A DNA stretch of 64,000 bases from assembly GCA_958009085.1 (NCBI GenBank), contig OY253679.1:682001-746000 (forward strand), read 5' to 3'. The notes under the pieces were generated by a model. That model worked only from the letters and a program-made list of their open reading frames with translations. It did no database searches and had not been told where the DNA came from. Positions 12,742 through 25,960 of the stretch are shown piece by piece. The stretch's first letter is position 1. The number at the start of each line of letters is the position of its first letter. Position numbers and translations under genes: made by a program. This DNA comes from Protoeuglena noctilucae. Lineage: Eukaryota.

Positions 12742-13930
12742 CGAGAAGGCGACGGGTCGGAGGTGATGGGCGAGGCGAGGGGAGAATCCGAGGCGACGAT
12801 GGGCGACAGGTGTGGGCGTGGGCGTGGGGGTGGCGACGGGTCGGAGGTATGGGGCGATCCAACGACGGGCGTGTAGGCGACGAGATGGGCGAGGCGACGG
12901 CGGGCGAGTTGGCGGGAGAATCGAAACGGCGGGCGTGGGGGTGTGGGGGGCGGCAGGCGGGGCAGGCGTGAGCGCCGGCTGCAAGAGACGAGGCATGTAA
13001 CGGTAGTCGTAAATCGCCTGTCAATCGTGCATGGTTCAGATGTTGCTATAAGCCATTCATCCTCAGCGATGAGAATTGAATACATGGTCATGACATGCGC
13101 GCGCTGTGCCCCCCCTCGCTCCTCAACACGAGGTGGGGGCTTCGAACATGCATTGCGCACCCGCATCTCAAACGCAAGGTGGGGCTCCCGAGGACACGTC
13201 GCGGGGTGATCCTGACGGGCTGCAGACGCTCGGGAAGTGCGACGAGCGGGGGACGAGCAAGATGACTGCGATCGGCGGAGAGCTTGAGGCTTCCTGACGG
13301 CAGTGAGGAGGGGAGAGGAGGAGCCGCATAGACCAAATACCAGCTGCAGAGAAGAAGAGCCACACCCAGCCCAGCCCCTCAGCCCGGCTCCCCGGGGACA
13401 TCGACGTCGCTTGGGGGGTGCGGCTGCGGAGGTGGAGGGATCCGACAGGGAGGGAAGGAAGAGAAGACGTCCGTAGTGACGGTGAAGGCCTGACGCTGGC
13501 AGGGCTGGTCCGTCGAGTATTTTGCGACCACGAAGGCCCTGTGATGGGCCTGGGGGGGGATGGATGCCAGGGGGTGGTATGTGGGGCTAAGCGAGCGGCC
13601 ATGCATGCGTGGAAAAGTAGTGGGACCAACCCTGGGCCCTAAACCCAGAGATGCGGTGGATGAAGTCGTGAGGGAAGACGGAGAGGACCGTAGGCCCACG
13701 GATGTCATTCCAGGCGTTGGCGGGGAGCCCAGGGCGGCCAGGACTGTTGATGTTAAGGTGGGCTGAGAGGGCAGAAACGAAGTCAAGACGGATCTCCCTG
13801 GCCATATAGGAGCCCAGGGCAGGGACCATGACTTCCCAGCTCAACTTTCGACCCAGTCAAGCGGCGCAGCTGGTGTCTCTTTTATTTCAAACGCCGCCGG
13901 GGCGTCATATGGGTGGGCACATAGTCGTGG

Positions 13931-15851
13931 TCATGCAGGCACGCGTGTGGGGGAGAAGACGTTGGTGTGCCGCGTGGAGTAGAAGTGGAGCGCGTTTTGT
14001 CCCGCGCGCAAGCAGAAGAAGAGGACCAGCCCCCACCACACGACGGGCAGGGGAGCCATGGCGGCCGCCGCCGCCTTGAAGTACAGCGTCGTGCCCACCA
14101 GAGCGAAAAAGTTGAGCCTGGCGACGTGGGACATGTCCGAGGATCCCACGCAGAGACCGTCGTAGACCATCATGGCCCCGCAGACGGGCAGGGCGACGAC
14201 GGAGGGCAGCAGCAGCGACTGCATCGCTGATTGCACGGCGGCGTCGCTCGTGAACAGCGACGGGAACATGTAGACTCCTGCGGCGCGACGAGAGATGGAG
14301 TCGTGGGGTCTCGCACGGGACAACGGCACGTCACGCCAATACCAGCACCAGCACGAGGCGCGCTCCCTCACCCGCAAGAACGCCTGCCAGCAGCCCTCCG
14401 GCCAGGAATCCCACGCGCAGGAGGAGGCGTGCCAGGCGCGACACCTGGGCCGGCAGGTGCATGTCCCGGGCCACCAGCGTCTGGGCGGCGATGCTCACGG
14501 GCTCCACCGCGCACGAGACGAGCCAGATCACGGGTAGAGAGACCTGGTGCGCCGCCGTCGCCACCACGCCCAGCCCAGCGGCCGTGGAGGTCATGATGGA
14601 GTACGCCGCCATGATGAATGCATTCCGGGTGATGATGGCGCCGGCCATGCTCAGGAAGGGCGCCAGGTCTTCTTGGGTGGGAATGCCCGCCCATGTGAGC
14701 CGCAGCCTCCCCGGCTCCCCAGAGCGCGTGGATGGCACCGCCAGATACGTTGCCGCTCCAATCCACTGACTCGCTGCCGTGGCAAGTGCCGCTCCCCCGA
14801 TGCCCCACTGTGGCACGAGGAGCCAGTCGCCGAATGTGTTGATGGCGCCCACGCCCAGCGCGACCTTCAGCGGAGTCAGCGTGTCTTGCTCTCCAAGAGA
14901 GGCGGCCTGGCAGACAGAGGTCAGAACCATGGCAGGTGTTGCCAGGGCTCTGATGCGCGTGTAGAGCGCGCCGTAGGGCACGAGGTCGCCCCGGGCGCCG
15001 AAGAGGTCGAGGAGAGGCTCGGCGCCCACGAGGAGGGCCGCCATGAGGGCCGTGCCCAGGACCGCGGCCACCAACATGCCGTGCGCTACTGCACGCCGGG
15101 CACTGCGGGTGGGAGAGTAGGGGAGGGAGGTGCAGGTGGGGGAGGTGCAGGCATCTCTGGGAGCGCGACCCGCAGCAAGCAGCCCTCACCGCTCCCTGCG
15201 CAGGGCTTGCACGTCTTGGGGCATGGCGGGATTGACGCTTTGAGAGGCCACTAGATAGGTGGTACAGACGCCGATGAAGGACGTCAGTACGTAGATGGTA
15301 GTAAAGACCGAGGCCGAGGGACTCAAAGCCGCGAGTTGCACCGAAGATACCTGCGAGTATCGAGGCCGAGCCGCTGTGAAGGCCCCTCGCTCTACAAGAT
15401 GCTAACAGGATGCTGCCAGCAACCCCAAACATGGCTTGCCTCAGGTACACGACCGAGCTCGTACTGTGCCACACGCTGCGAACCCATGGGGCCCATGGGG
15501 CCTCTGCCGCATGCATCCACTAGTCACAGCCTGCGCGCACCTCACCCGACCAACAAAGGCAGTATCCAGCACGCTCATCATGGGGTCCGTTAGACACATG
15601 CCCAGCGCCGGGGTGGCCAGTAAGACCACCTCGCGCCAGTACGCACGCGTTTGCAGCTGCTCCGAGGCTCCCGCCGCATCCGGCGAAGTCAGCAGTACCT
15701 TCGTAATGTCCTCCTCTGCCGTGTCCACCGTCACCGTGCCCGCCGCGGTGCCGCTCGACTGAACGCGGTGCCCAGTCGGCGCGGGCACACTGGCCTGACG
15801 TCCATCGCGGGAATTCGCCCCTCGCGCCGCGTCCCGCCGCCCGAGACCCAT
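13931..15851 (-). CDS. MATE efflux transporter (DTX44-47/EDS5-like, probably plastid); start uncertain
   Basis: LATPALGMCLTDPMMSVLDTAFVGR|VSSVQLAALSP, YTRIRALATPA, GEQDTLTPL, GDWLLVPQWGIGGAALAT, TAAHQV, AAQTLVA. Confidence 0.92.
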
Positions 15852-16412
15852 TCTTCGTTCACCATTGCACCCCAAGCGATCCCTCCGGAGCCTCCAGGCA
15901 TCGCTCCCTCCACAAACACCCAGAGGAAGCTCCCAGTGGCCCCGGAGGACGTGCGGGCGCAACATCCTCCTAACCCTTGTGATCTAAGGACACATAAGAG
16001 TCGCTCGGCGCGTGTGTGGGGATCACTCGCACGCTGCTCCAATCGATCGAGGAAAGTGTGCACGACAAGCGAGCGGGCTGCAGTCCAGTCGCGGACGCCT
16101 AGTGATGCGCAGTCGGAATGGTGGCCGGCGATCCGCGCCTCGGGGTCGACGCACATGTCCGCGGCTTGTCAGACCGAGAGTCGGACCGCCAGCGAAGTCG
16201 TTCGAAGCGAGCTCCTTTGCACACCATTGTTTCTTTGAAGTAAGCGAAGCCCAGATTTCGAGCATCCGCTAGGTTTCGTGGGGATCGCGCCGAGTTGTGG
16301 GCGCGGAAGACCAACCGCCCCCAAGCGCCCGCAGAGCGCCCCTGAGGGTTCGTTCGAAATTCAATTGCATTCATCCGTTCGTGTCGGATTCTGATATCCG
16401 TAGCAAAGCACC

Positions 16413-19127
16413 ATGGCGCCTGCCGAGGACCCGGTTGTGATCAAGGGCCTCGCGGAGCGGGCGCTGCGCAAGCACCAGTACGCCACCGCCGAGGAGCTGT
16501 GCGACAAGGCCCTGAAGGCACTGGGAGGTTCTTCGGATGTGAAGGAATCCGAGAGAAAGCTGCGGGTGCGCTTCGCGGCCGCGCGTGGGCCGCGCGGGCG
16601 ACATGCTCTCAGCCCGGCAATGGCATGCGTCCCTCGCCGCCGCGCGCAGGCCGAAACGCTGTTGGTCCGCTCCCTGGCGCGCGTGAAGCTCGACAGGCTG
16701 GATGAGGCCGAGGTGGACGCCTTATCCGCGATCGCCGACGCGCCCCAGCTCCTCCTGGGCTATGTCCGCCTCGGGGTCATCCACACCCAGGCGAGCGATC
16801 CCCCGCAGCGTCGCGTCCCTCTCCCGCCATCTACCAGTATCGCTGCAGCTCTGCGGCGCTCGCTGGCCACGTGCACTCCTCTCCATCCTCCGCTGCAGAG
16901 GGGCGCATGGAATAGCGCGGCGCGCGTGCTGCGGCAGGGCGAGAAGGAGTTCGCAAAGAGCACTGCAGTGAATAACCCCACGACGGTGATCCAGAAGACG
17001 CTGGACCACGTCGCCGTCGACGGCGCCCTCCACGGGTGCGGGAGGGGGCTGCACTGCTGCGAGCTGGTGCATAGTCGGATGTAGTTGCACCCCTCATCCC
17101 ACGCCATGCTCATGCTCATGCTCCATCTCACCCTCCCCTGTGTGCCCCCACAGTTCTGACGACGGCTTCGACGGCCAAATCCTCGAGGTCCGCCCCGCCG
17201 GGGACGAGCCGTGGCTGGGACTGCCGGCCCCCGAAGAACCCTCCAAGGCGAGCGGCTGCCTGACGCATCCACACTGCTAGCCGTGCATGGATGCACTTAT
17301 CATGCATGACCACACTGTCCATGCATACTGACGCCATCAATTCCTGCTAGTGGAGACCGTATCAACAACCACAAACGCACCGACCCTGCCTATACGCCAC
17401 AGGATGCCCCTCCCGAACACCTGGCCCCCTCGCCCGCCTCCCTCCCGGGCCCCTCCGGCCCCACCTCCGCCCTCTCCGCCTCGGAACACGCCGCGGTGTC
17501 CGTGGCGTGGCGCTGGCTCAGTTTCCGCGACCTGCATGAGGCAGTGGAAGCCGCGAAGGACGGCGACCGGATCGTGCTGTTGCCGGGGACGCACAACACG
17601 GGTGCCAGGGGAGTGCCCGTGGTCATCGCCAAGCGAGTCCTCATCATGGGTGAGGCAGGGAGGGAGGGGGTGCGTGAGGTAGGGAGGGAGGGCACGTGTG
17701 AGGGAGGGAGGCAGGCCTTGGCCCTTGCACTGACTGACATGCTCTCCTGCTGTCTCACCTGCCCCAGGTGCGGGGGTGACGCGGAGGCAGTGATTGACCA
17801 CCGCGGCAACCGCCCCCTCTTCCGCATTGACAGGTCCTGCGTCATCCGCGACGTGGTCATCGACATGACGGGGTACAAGGTGAGCATCTGCATGCATGCA
17901 GCGTGGTCATCGACGGTGAGCAAGCGTATACACAACGGGGTGAGCGATTGCATGCGACCTGGTGCCTCACACCATAGGACTGCGTCTTCATAATCACCGT
18001 GTCCCTCACCTCCCTCCCCCTCACTGCCACCCTCACCCTCACCCTCACCGCCACCCTCACCTCCCTCCCAGGACTGCGTCGTCATCAACGGCCCCAGCGA
18101 CGTCCGCACGGCCTTCCTCAGCTGCCAGGTCAAGACGGCAAGCGACGTGGCGTTCTTCGTCACTGGCGCCGCGTCCCTCACTCTCGGCATGTGCGAAGTC
18201 ACGGCGGGGAAGGACGGCGTGAGGGCGGGGGGGGAGGCTGAGGTGGGTGGGTGGGGGGTCGGGCTGGGGTGGGCGGATGGGGTCGGACTGAGGTAGGTGG
18301 ATGAGGGCATTGCATGCTGAGGGACGAGTGAGATAGCTGGGGGGCTGTCTCTTTCGCTCTCATGTTAGACATGGCAGGGCTTCCAGCAGCCATGCTGCAC
18401 TGCATCTGACAAGCCACCTGCGCTTTGCTCTGAGCTGTTCCCTTGCTCTCCCCTATCCCTCAACGCCCAACTCCCCTCACCACCCCGTCCCACCCCGTCT
18501 CTCCCCAGGTCCACTTAATGCGCTGCCGCCTGCTGGACTGCAAGCACGTGGGGGTCAACGCAGGCATGCAGGCCCGCGTCCGCATGGAGGGGTGCCTCGT
18601 CAAAGGGTGCGGGCACGACGGAGTCATAGCGCAGGGGCAGGCGAAGGTGGAGTGCGAGCAGTGCGTGGTGACGGAGTGCAAGGGGACGGGGGTGGACGTG
18701 TCTGGGGAGGCAGAGGCTCTGCTGAGGGGCTGCCGGGTGATGGGCAACGTGGGGGGGGGTGTGGGCGTGGGACCAGGGGAGGTGGCGGGGGGAGGGGTGC
18801 CGGTTGGAGGTGAGAGGCTATGTGGGTGGTGGGCGGTGGCTGGAGGTGACGGAGCGGGTGGCAGGTGGTGGGTGTGGGTGGTAGAGAGGATGCTCGGCGT
18901 GAGGTACCAGGCAGTTGCAAGAGGTGTTCGTGCCATACCTGTCGTCACCTGTCCATCGCTCGCAGGGTGGCCATAGTCACGCGGTGTTGGTGGATGGTGG
19001 GGCGTCGGTGGTGCTGGAGGGGTGCGCCATCGAGGGGCTGGTGCAGAGCACGGAGAGGGGGTGGGAGGGGATCAAGCGAGGCGGGAACACAAGTGAGGGG
19101 GATGTGGGGGTGCGGGTGGGGGTGTGA
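16413..19127 (+). CDS. TPR-repeat protein with a C-terminal right-handed parallel beta-helix domain
   Basis: N-terminal TPR-like helices (YATAEELCDKAL; EAEVDALSAIADAPQLLLGYVRLG), then LHEAVEAAKDGDRIVLLPGTH and beta-helix repeats (MEGCLVKGCGHDGV; EQCVVTECKGTGVDV). About 8 introns. Confidence 0.75.
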
Positions 19128-19190
19128 GATTGGGTGGGGTTGTGTGGATGAGCCAACGGTGGCACACGAGTGAGGGTGTGTGTGCGTATG

Positions 19191-19219
19191 TGTAAGTGTG
19201 ATGAGGCTTCGCTGTTACA
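19191..19219. terminator. Putative TGTAA poly(A) signals of the convergent genes (+19191-19195; -19219-19215)
   Basis: TGTAA is the known chlorophyte poly(A) signal and both copies lie downstream of the respective stops. Another is at -41072-41068 after the channel gene. Confidence 0.3.
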
Positions 19220-19610
19220 TGACACGACCCCGTGTTGCATATGCCTTTGCTTGCAGTCAAGGAGCTCGACCAGCCCACGGAGCTGCCAGGGGAGGTGGAG
19301 CCGTTTGTGTGGAGGCCGGACCCTTTCGGCAGGGACTGAGACTCATTAAAGTGACGCAAGACTTGGGCATTCATACCAAGGAACGCACAACAAAGGCTTT
19401 GGAATCAAGCTTCAGATGATTGCCACGGCACCCCCGCTGCACGGCCCTGCCGGCGCATTTCTGATTTTACACCTTTTTTGGATTCCTCCAACACGTTTCG
19501 TCCCACTAATACTATCACAGCGACACCTTGCACACACACACCAACACAACTGCAAGCAACCCCGGCAAACGTCCAACACCGCCCTCTGACCCCGCCACCT
19601 CCCCACTGTG

Positions 19611-22600
19611 TCACCCCACCGACGCCCGCAGCGGCTGCGGCAGTCGGCTCCTGGGCCGCGGCCCCTCCTCACCCCACCCGCCCCCCACCGCCCCAGCCCC
19701 ATCTCTCGCCCCATGCAGTGCCGCACCCCCGCCCGCCGCCACCGCCGGCCCTGCTTGCGTGACCGCAACAGTCCCTGACACACTGGCTGTGTCAGATGCG
19801 CCAGTGAGGATCGATTGCAGCACTCCCGTGGGGTAGAAGTGGTCCTTCCGGACGTAGCAGCCCGGGGTGCCTGACTTGTGGCCCGCAGCCTTGCATTCCT
19901 GGGGACAGGGCGGGGGATGAGGGTGTGGGTGAGTGGTGGGGGTGTAAGTGGGTGAGGGTGAGGGTGAGGGTGGAAGTGGGTGAGGGTGAGTGGGGTCTTA
20001 TTCACATCCACTCGCCTGCCACTCCACCCCATACAAAAAAGGTCCTCCCCCCTGCACCAGCGCGGGGTGGAAGCGGCACTCCCCGGGGCACGTCGCGTCG
20101 TTGCCACCGCACCGCACGCACGACAGCGAACCATCAGGGCGGCCGGGGGCGAAGGGGTCGCGCGGGAAGAGACCCGGGGGCTGCGATTGCGATGAGAACG
20201 CCCCTGCACCCCCCACCGCCCCTCCTGCAACCCCCGCAGACACCCCAGGCGTTGCCCCAGGTGCCACCCCACCCCCGCCTTTGCCCCCCGGCTTCCCCAG
20301 CACCGCGTCGACCCGCCCCGCCGCCCTCTCGCGGTCCGTCGGAGGCGGGCGAGGGGGCAGGCCACCCCCCCGGGGCGGCTGGGCGGGGCGGGGGGCGTGC
20401 CGTGACACGACCTGCAGGGCCGCTTGCTTCTGCGGGGAAGCGGAGAGTTGCATGAGGTTGTTATGAGAATATGAAAAGGTGGGCCGATGGCTGTGCTGTG
20501 TGCCGCCGTCGCCTTTCCCTGCACCCTCTCATTCCCGGCCCCCACCCCTCCTCACCTCTGCCGCCGTCGCCAGCCCCCGCAGCGCCCCCCGCACCGCTCG
20601 GTCCCCCGCCACCTCTTCGTCCTCCTCCAACGAGGCACCGCTCAGAATGGCATGGACCTTCCACGCACTCGCATCACCCTCGCGCTCCCCACCCCCATCC
20701 CGCCCCTCTCTGCCGGACTCATCCCCACGACCCCCCCCACCCACGCCCCCACTCGGTCCCTCGTTGCCATGCAAACCCACGCCCGAATTCACGCCCCCAC
20801 TGGCACCCGCACCCGCACCCACAGCCGCACTTGCACCCGCACCCTCCTGCTCATCGGCCCACCGCACCGCCGCCCCCACCGCCCTCGCCTCCTCCGCCAC
20901 TGCCCTCTGGATCACACTCGGCTCCCCCTCCCTATGCACCGGGTCCCTCTTCACATGCGACAGTGTGTGCGCATTCATGTACCCCACACGTTTCGCTCGC
21001 CCCACCTCCTCCCCACCACCCACCCCCTGCCCTCGCCCAGACTCCCCCCCACCATCCACCGCTGCTCCCCGGCTCTCCTCCAGAGCCCTCTGCGCCGCCG
21101 CCACCAGCCTCACCGCGTCCGCCATCGTGTGATACGGCGTCACCATGTCGTCATCCAACCCACCCGCCCCGCCTGCCCCAGTGCCCACCCCCTGTGCACC
21201 CTGTGACCCCACCCCCTGTGCACCCACACCCGCGCCCTGTGCCCCCACCGCACCCCCCCCACCGCGCTGCATGCGCCTCAGGTCTTCCAGGAGCGCCCCC
21301 ATGCCCTCGTCCCTCGCGTGGATGGCCCTGCCCGCGTCTGCCACCAGCCCCGCCACATTCTGCTCGTGGCGGGCCTGGGCCTCCACCAGGGCAGCACGGA
21401 CCTTGGGGGGAGGAGAGGGGTTGGTGAGTGTGGTGAGGTGAAGGGGGGAGTGCATGAGAGGGTGGTGGTGGTGGTGGTGGTGGTGGTGGTGGTGGTGGGA
21501 TGGGGCGAGAGGGGTGGAGGGGTGGTGACGGTGGAGATGGATGGGTGCGCGGCAGGTCTGGGAGGGAGAAGGCACTCACCGTGTCACCTGCACGTCCTTG
21601 ACTGCCACCCACACCCCTCCAGCACACCCCTCCACTGCCACCCCTACCACCCTCTCCCCTCACCGGCGCGTCCTTGACCACTCCATTGCCACCCCTAAAC
21701 ACCCACCCCTCCACCACCACCCTCTCCCCTCACCTGCGCGTCCTTGACTGCCACCCTCGCTTCCTCGTCACCACTCCTGCATCACCACCCATCGATCCAT
21801 CACCCCCCCATCACCCTCTCCCTCACCTGCGCGTCCTTGACTTCCACCCTCACCCATCCATCACCACCCCTGCGTCACCACTCCATCACCCACCCCTGCA
21901 CCACCACCCTCTCCCCTCACCTGCGCGTCCTTCACTGCCGTCTCTCACGTGCTTTCCAACCACAGCACCCGCTCACCTGCGCGTCCTTCACCGCCGCCTC
22001 CACCCTCAGCGCCTCCCTGGCCCAGTCCCCGTCTCGGAAGGCACCCAGCTCCCTCCTCAGGTCCGCCATCTCCGCCCTGGCGCTCTCCATGTCACGGTGG
22101 TACCTGCGAGAGCGAGAGAGGCAGTAGCAGCATTGGTTTTGACTCTGTAGCATTGAGTCTCGCTTGCTTCAGGTGTTGTGCATGGTAACCGGCTGGAGAC
22201 CTCAGCAACCAGCAACCACACCTCTCCCTCATCTCCCTCACCACCCCCACCCCCACCCCTCACCTCTCTTTCATCTCCACCAGCTCCCCCTGCATCTGCG
22301 CCCGCTGCCGGTACAGCCGGTAGTCCGCGTCTGCCTCCGCCCCCTCCCTCATGGCAGCCAGGGCCTCGCGCAGTCGGGCGTTTTCAGAGGCCAGGGCATC
22401 GGCACGGGCCTCGGCAGCGAGGTCCTGGGGTGGACAGGAGGGGGGGGGTGGGGAGGGTGGGGATGAGGTGGCAGTGAGGGTGGTGGTGTGGGTGGCAGCG
22501 AGAATGGTAACGAGGGGTGTCAAGAGGGTGGTGAAACAGGTGAGGGATATAAGAAGTGATGATAAAATTCCTGGCTCATCTCCACCCTCCCAGCAACACC

Positions 22601-24408
22601 CTCCTCACCACCTGACGCCTCCTCACATCCCCCACCCACCCACGCTCCCGCCCCTCCTCACCTCCGGCAGTGCCCCCGCCCTCTTCAGTTCCTCCCTGTG
22701 CTTCTCCGTCATCTCCTTGATGCGTGCCTGCAGCATGTCCCTCTCCCTCTCATACCGCGCGCGCATGGCCAGCAAGGCACGGCGGTACTGGTCACGCACG
22801 GCAGACTGACGGGCAAGGGAAAAGGGGAGTAGTGTCGAAACGACCAACACACGGTCCCACGTCCCACCTTCCCACCATTCCCAATCAACAAACCGCACAC
22901 CTGCCTACCCCAGCTCAACCCTTAATCCCTCTCACCTCCCCCTCGCCCCCTCCCACCCCCGCCCCTGCCCCTGCCCCCGTCTCCACCGCCCCCCCCGCCC
23001 CCCTCTCCCGCACCCCATCCCCCGCCCCACAGGCGTCCCTCAGCAGCTGCATGGGATCTGCCATGGATGCCCCCGTGCCCTTATCTCCAAGCATCCTCTC
23101 GAGGTTCGACTCCAGCGCACGCAGCTCTGTGTCGCTTGCCGAGCCTTGGGCCGCGCTGGCCCCAGCTGTGGTGTCGGGCGCTGCGGTGTCGCGGGCGGCC
23201 TCGGAGGCCTGCGGGGGGTGGGTGGGTTGGGGAGTGGCACGGTGGTGCGTGGAAGGCATGTGAGGGGAATGAAGAGCGCGTGAGGTGCCAAGGAGGCTCG
23301 TGGGGTCATCACAGTGCCCCTTGCTCCCCCCCGAGCCCCTCGCCTGTCTCTGAGCCATGGATGCCTGGAGTTGGTACCTCAGCGTCGCGGCTGCACTCTC
23401 CAGCTGCCGGCACGCGCGGTCGCGGCCCTCGAGGTCCCTGCGCGCCGCGGCCAGGTCCGCCCGCAGCGAAGACACCTGGGGGATGACGAGAGAGAGGGGG
23501 ACGGGTGAGTGAGGGCGACGGCGGGGTGGGGAGATGGGAAGAGTGACAGGCAAAACTGGGTGAGCCCCATTCCAGGGTGCGACATCAATGCCCTGTATCC
23601 GGCGCGCACCTGCTCCCGCTCCGCTTGCAGCTGTTGCAAGAGGTCGTGCACCGCAGAGGTCCCAGGGGTGGTGTCATGCAAGGCCGGCCCCCCGATGGGG
23701 GAGGGGCGGGGGTCGGAGTCGGCCCAGCCCTCCAGGGCGGCGAGGTCCAGACGCGCAGGCTGCTGAGACACGATGGCCTGCGGGGGTCGCGCGGCGCGGG
23801 GCGTGACGGGGCGGGGTAGCGATAAGAGCCTGCCTGGGAGGGTTGCCTGGAAATCAGACCCGGGGAGCATCGCTCGCCTGGACGCGCGAGGTCACGCTGG
23901 CCCAGCCCTGCGGGGACGGCCACGACTGCGTCCCGCGCAACGTCCGCTGCAGCTCGTCGGCGAGCGCTGAGGCTCGGGTCCTCCAGTCCGTGATTTGGCG
24001 GAGCTGGCCGTCCAGCAGGCCGTACGCGGCCTGCGCGCGCTGCCGGAGGAGGCCAAGCACACGCGCCTCCGCTGCCGCCTTCTCGTCCGCGACGTGCGCC
24101 TGCGAATGGCGGCCGGCGGAGCCTCGGCGCGCGAAGCGGACCCGGGTGCAGCCGCTAGCTAACAAGGGGGCTGGCGGAGCGCGCCAAGCACCTTACGGCT
24201 CTCCACCTCGGCAAGAAGGCTCTCCGTGCCCTCAATCGCGCGCAAGACCCTGCGGGAGGCGGCAGATGGCGGTCCCAGCGGGACGAAAGCCGCTGTTTCT
24301 GCGCAGAATACAAAAAACGCGGCACCTGAGGAGGCACTCGTTGATGTCAAGCTCCGTGATCTTTGGGCTTTTGGAAGGGAGCGAGAAGGCAGACGAAATC
24401 GACAACAT
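19611..24408 (-). CDS. Coiled-coil protein of unknown function with a C-terminal Cys/His-rich domain (multi-exon)
   Basis: Heptad-rich exons (SLRADLAAARRDLE; LASENARLREAL; ARAEMADLRREL) joined by in-phase introns. C-terminal CVRCG...CPGECRFHP...ECKAAGH...GCYVRKDH. Confidence 0.65.
21584..21994 (-). repeat. Intronic tandem repeat: five extra copies of the exon end plus 5' splice site
   Basis: TCACC(T/G)GC(G/A)CGTCCTT(G/C)AC at ~21584, 21659, 21729, 21823 and 21917, plus the true junction at 21977. Confidence 0.9.
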
Positions 24409-24642
24409 CGCGTTCAGAGGCACAGCACTCGTGGGGTCTCCACATCAAACGCACATGCCTTCACCCCAGCCGCCCTGCTCGCCCTGCTCTGAGCGGCAGA
24501 CAACACGCTCGTGTCGGGTTGCCAAAGGACACGCAATGGGCCACGCGTCTCTGCGCCGCTTTAAAAGTGTCACGACGCTGCGAGACCCGCGCCAGGCAAC
24601 GTCGGGAAATCTTTCGCTTCGGCATCGCTCGGCATCCCTAGG

Positions 24643-25908
24643 ATGACGGAGGTAATTCTCCGGCGGTTTTCCTGTCTGAGCCTCTCGATGCGATCGTTGC
24701 GGGCGCCGCCAGGGAGCAGCGCTGTGCTGCGAAAAGCCTGCTCTGGTCGTATGCGGGGAGATGTCGCGCACGCGCGCCCGCCGGACCAGCAGGTAGCCAG
24801 TCGGGACGTGCAGGCGGGGCTTGTCAACGCTCGTTGTCTCTCCAGCGTCGGGTCGTGTGCGCTGGTCAAGCCCGGACGCGTCATCCGTTCCGCGGCCCCA
24901 TCATCGAACGCTGCGTTGGTATTGGACCGCCTGGGCGTAAGCGAGGTTATCGACTTTCGCGCGCAAGAGGAGGTGGACCAGGACCCGCCGGACGTGTGGA
25001 CCTCCACGGTCGAGGTGCTCTACACCAGGAACGAGAGCGGCGACCTGGCCAGCACCTCGGGGGCAATTGCAACGGACGGCAAAGTCCTCCGCCACAGGCA
25101 GGACTGCTCAGCCGCGCATGGTGGATGCATGCGGCATGACGGCAGCTGACTCGCGCACGCACGCACCTCTCCGCATGCAGGATATCAATTCTCGACCGCG
25201 ACCGCTTCTACGTGGCCCTCCTCAAGCGCCTCGTGGTCTCGGCGCCCTTAACTCTCCTCGCCTCTCTCCTCCTGAGGGTGTTCGACGCGCAGCGCTCCAC
25301 CGACCTGCTGCTGCAGGAGGTCAACAAAGGCGGCCTGCCCCAGCTCTACGAGGTCATCCTGGAGAGCTCCAAGCCCGAGCTGTGCGCCGCTCTCCGCATC
25401 ATCACGCTCTGCGCCGAGCGCGAGGGGTGTGCCTGGATCTACTGCCGCGCCGGCAAGGACAGGACGGGCCTGGTGGCGATGCTGGTGTTGGCGGCAGTCG
25501 GCGCGTCTGACGCAGACATCGTGGAAGACTACGCCCTCTCGGACGCCCACCGCGTGACCGCCCTGGGCAACCTGGAGGACACTCAAGACCTGAAGAAGCT
25601 CGACCGCGAGGTCTTCTCCCGCGCGCCACGCGAGGCCATGGAGCACGTGCTGAGGTGGGGGCGCTGGACGTGACGGCACGTGCCTTTGTGACGGCACGTG
25701 CTTTATGACGGCACGTGTGTCGCAGTGCGTGTTGCAGCGCAGTGGGCGCTCCTCGCGACCCCAGGCTCCGCGCCGCTGCAGGTATGTCCGAAAAACGTAC
25801 GGAGGGTTCAACAAGTACTTAACGTCCATCGGCTTCACCGAGGAGTGGCAGGGGCGCCTCAGGGCGAGCCTGGGCGTGAACGGGGCAGAGGTAGCAGAGA
25901 GGGACTAG
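24643..25908 (+). CDS. Tyrosine/phosphoinositide phosphatase (Y_phosphatase3 / IphP-like)
   Basis: RDV...GRVIRSA, LGVSEVIDFR, catalytic loop IYCRAGKDRTG, DIVEDYALS, YGGFNKYL. Confidence 0.9.
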
Positions 25909-25960
25909 GCGGGCGCAGTGCCGGCTCAAGAGATCGGAGTACTCATGCACCATTTGCGAC

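Noticed and set aside
21461..21497. Poly-His tract from (GGT)n
   Set aside because: It lies inside intron 21402-21976 and is a simple microsatellite.
21584..21994. CRISPR-like repeat-spacer appearance
   Set aside because: Eukaryotic intron, the repeat is the gene's own splice junction, spacers are low-complexity, and there are no cas genes.
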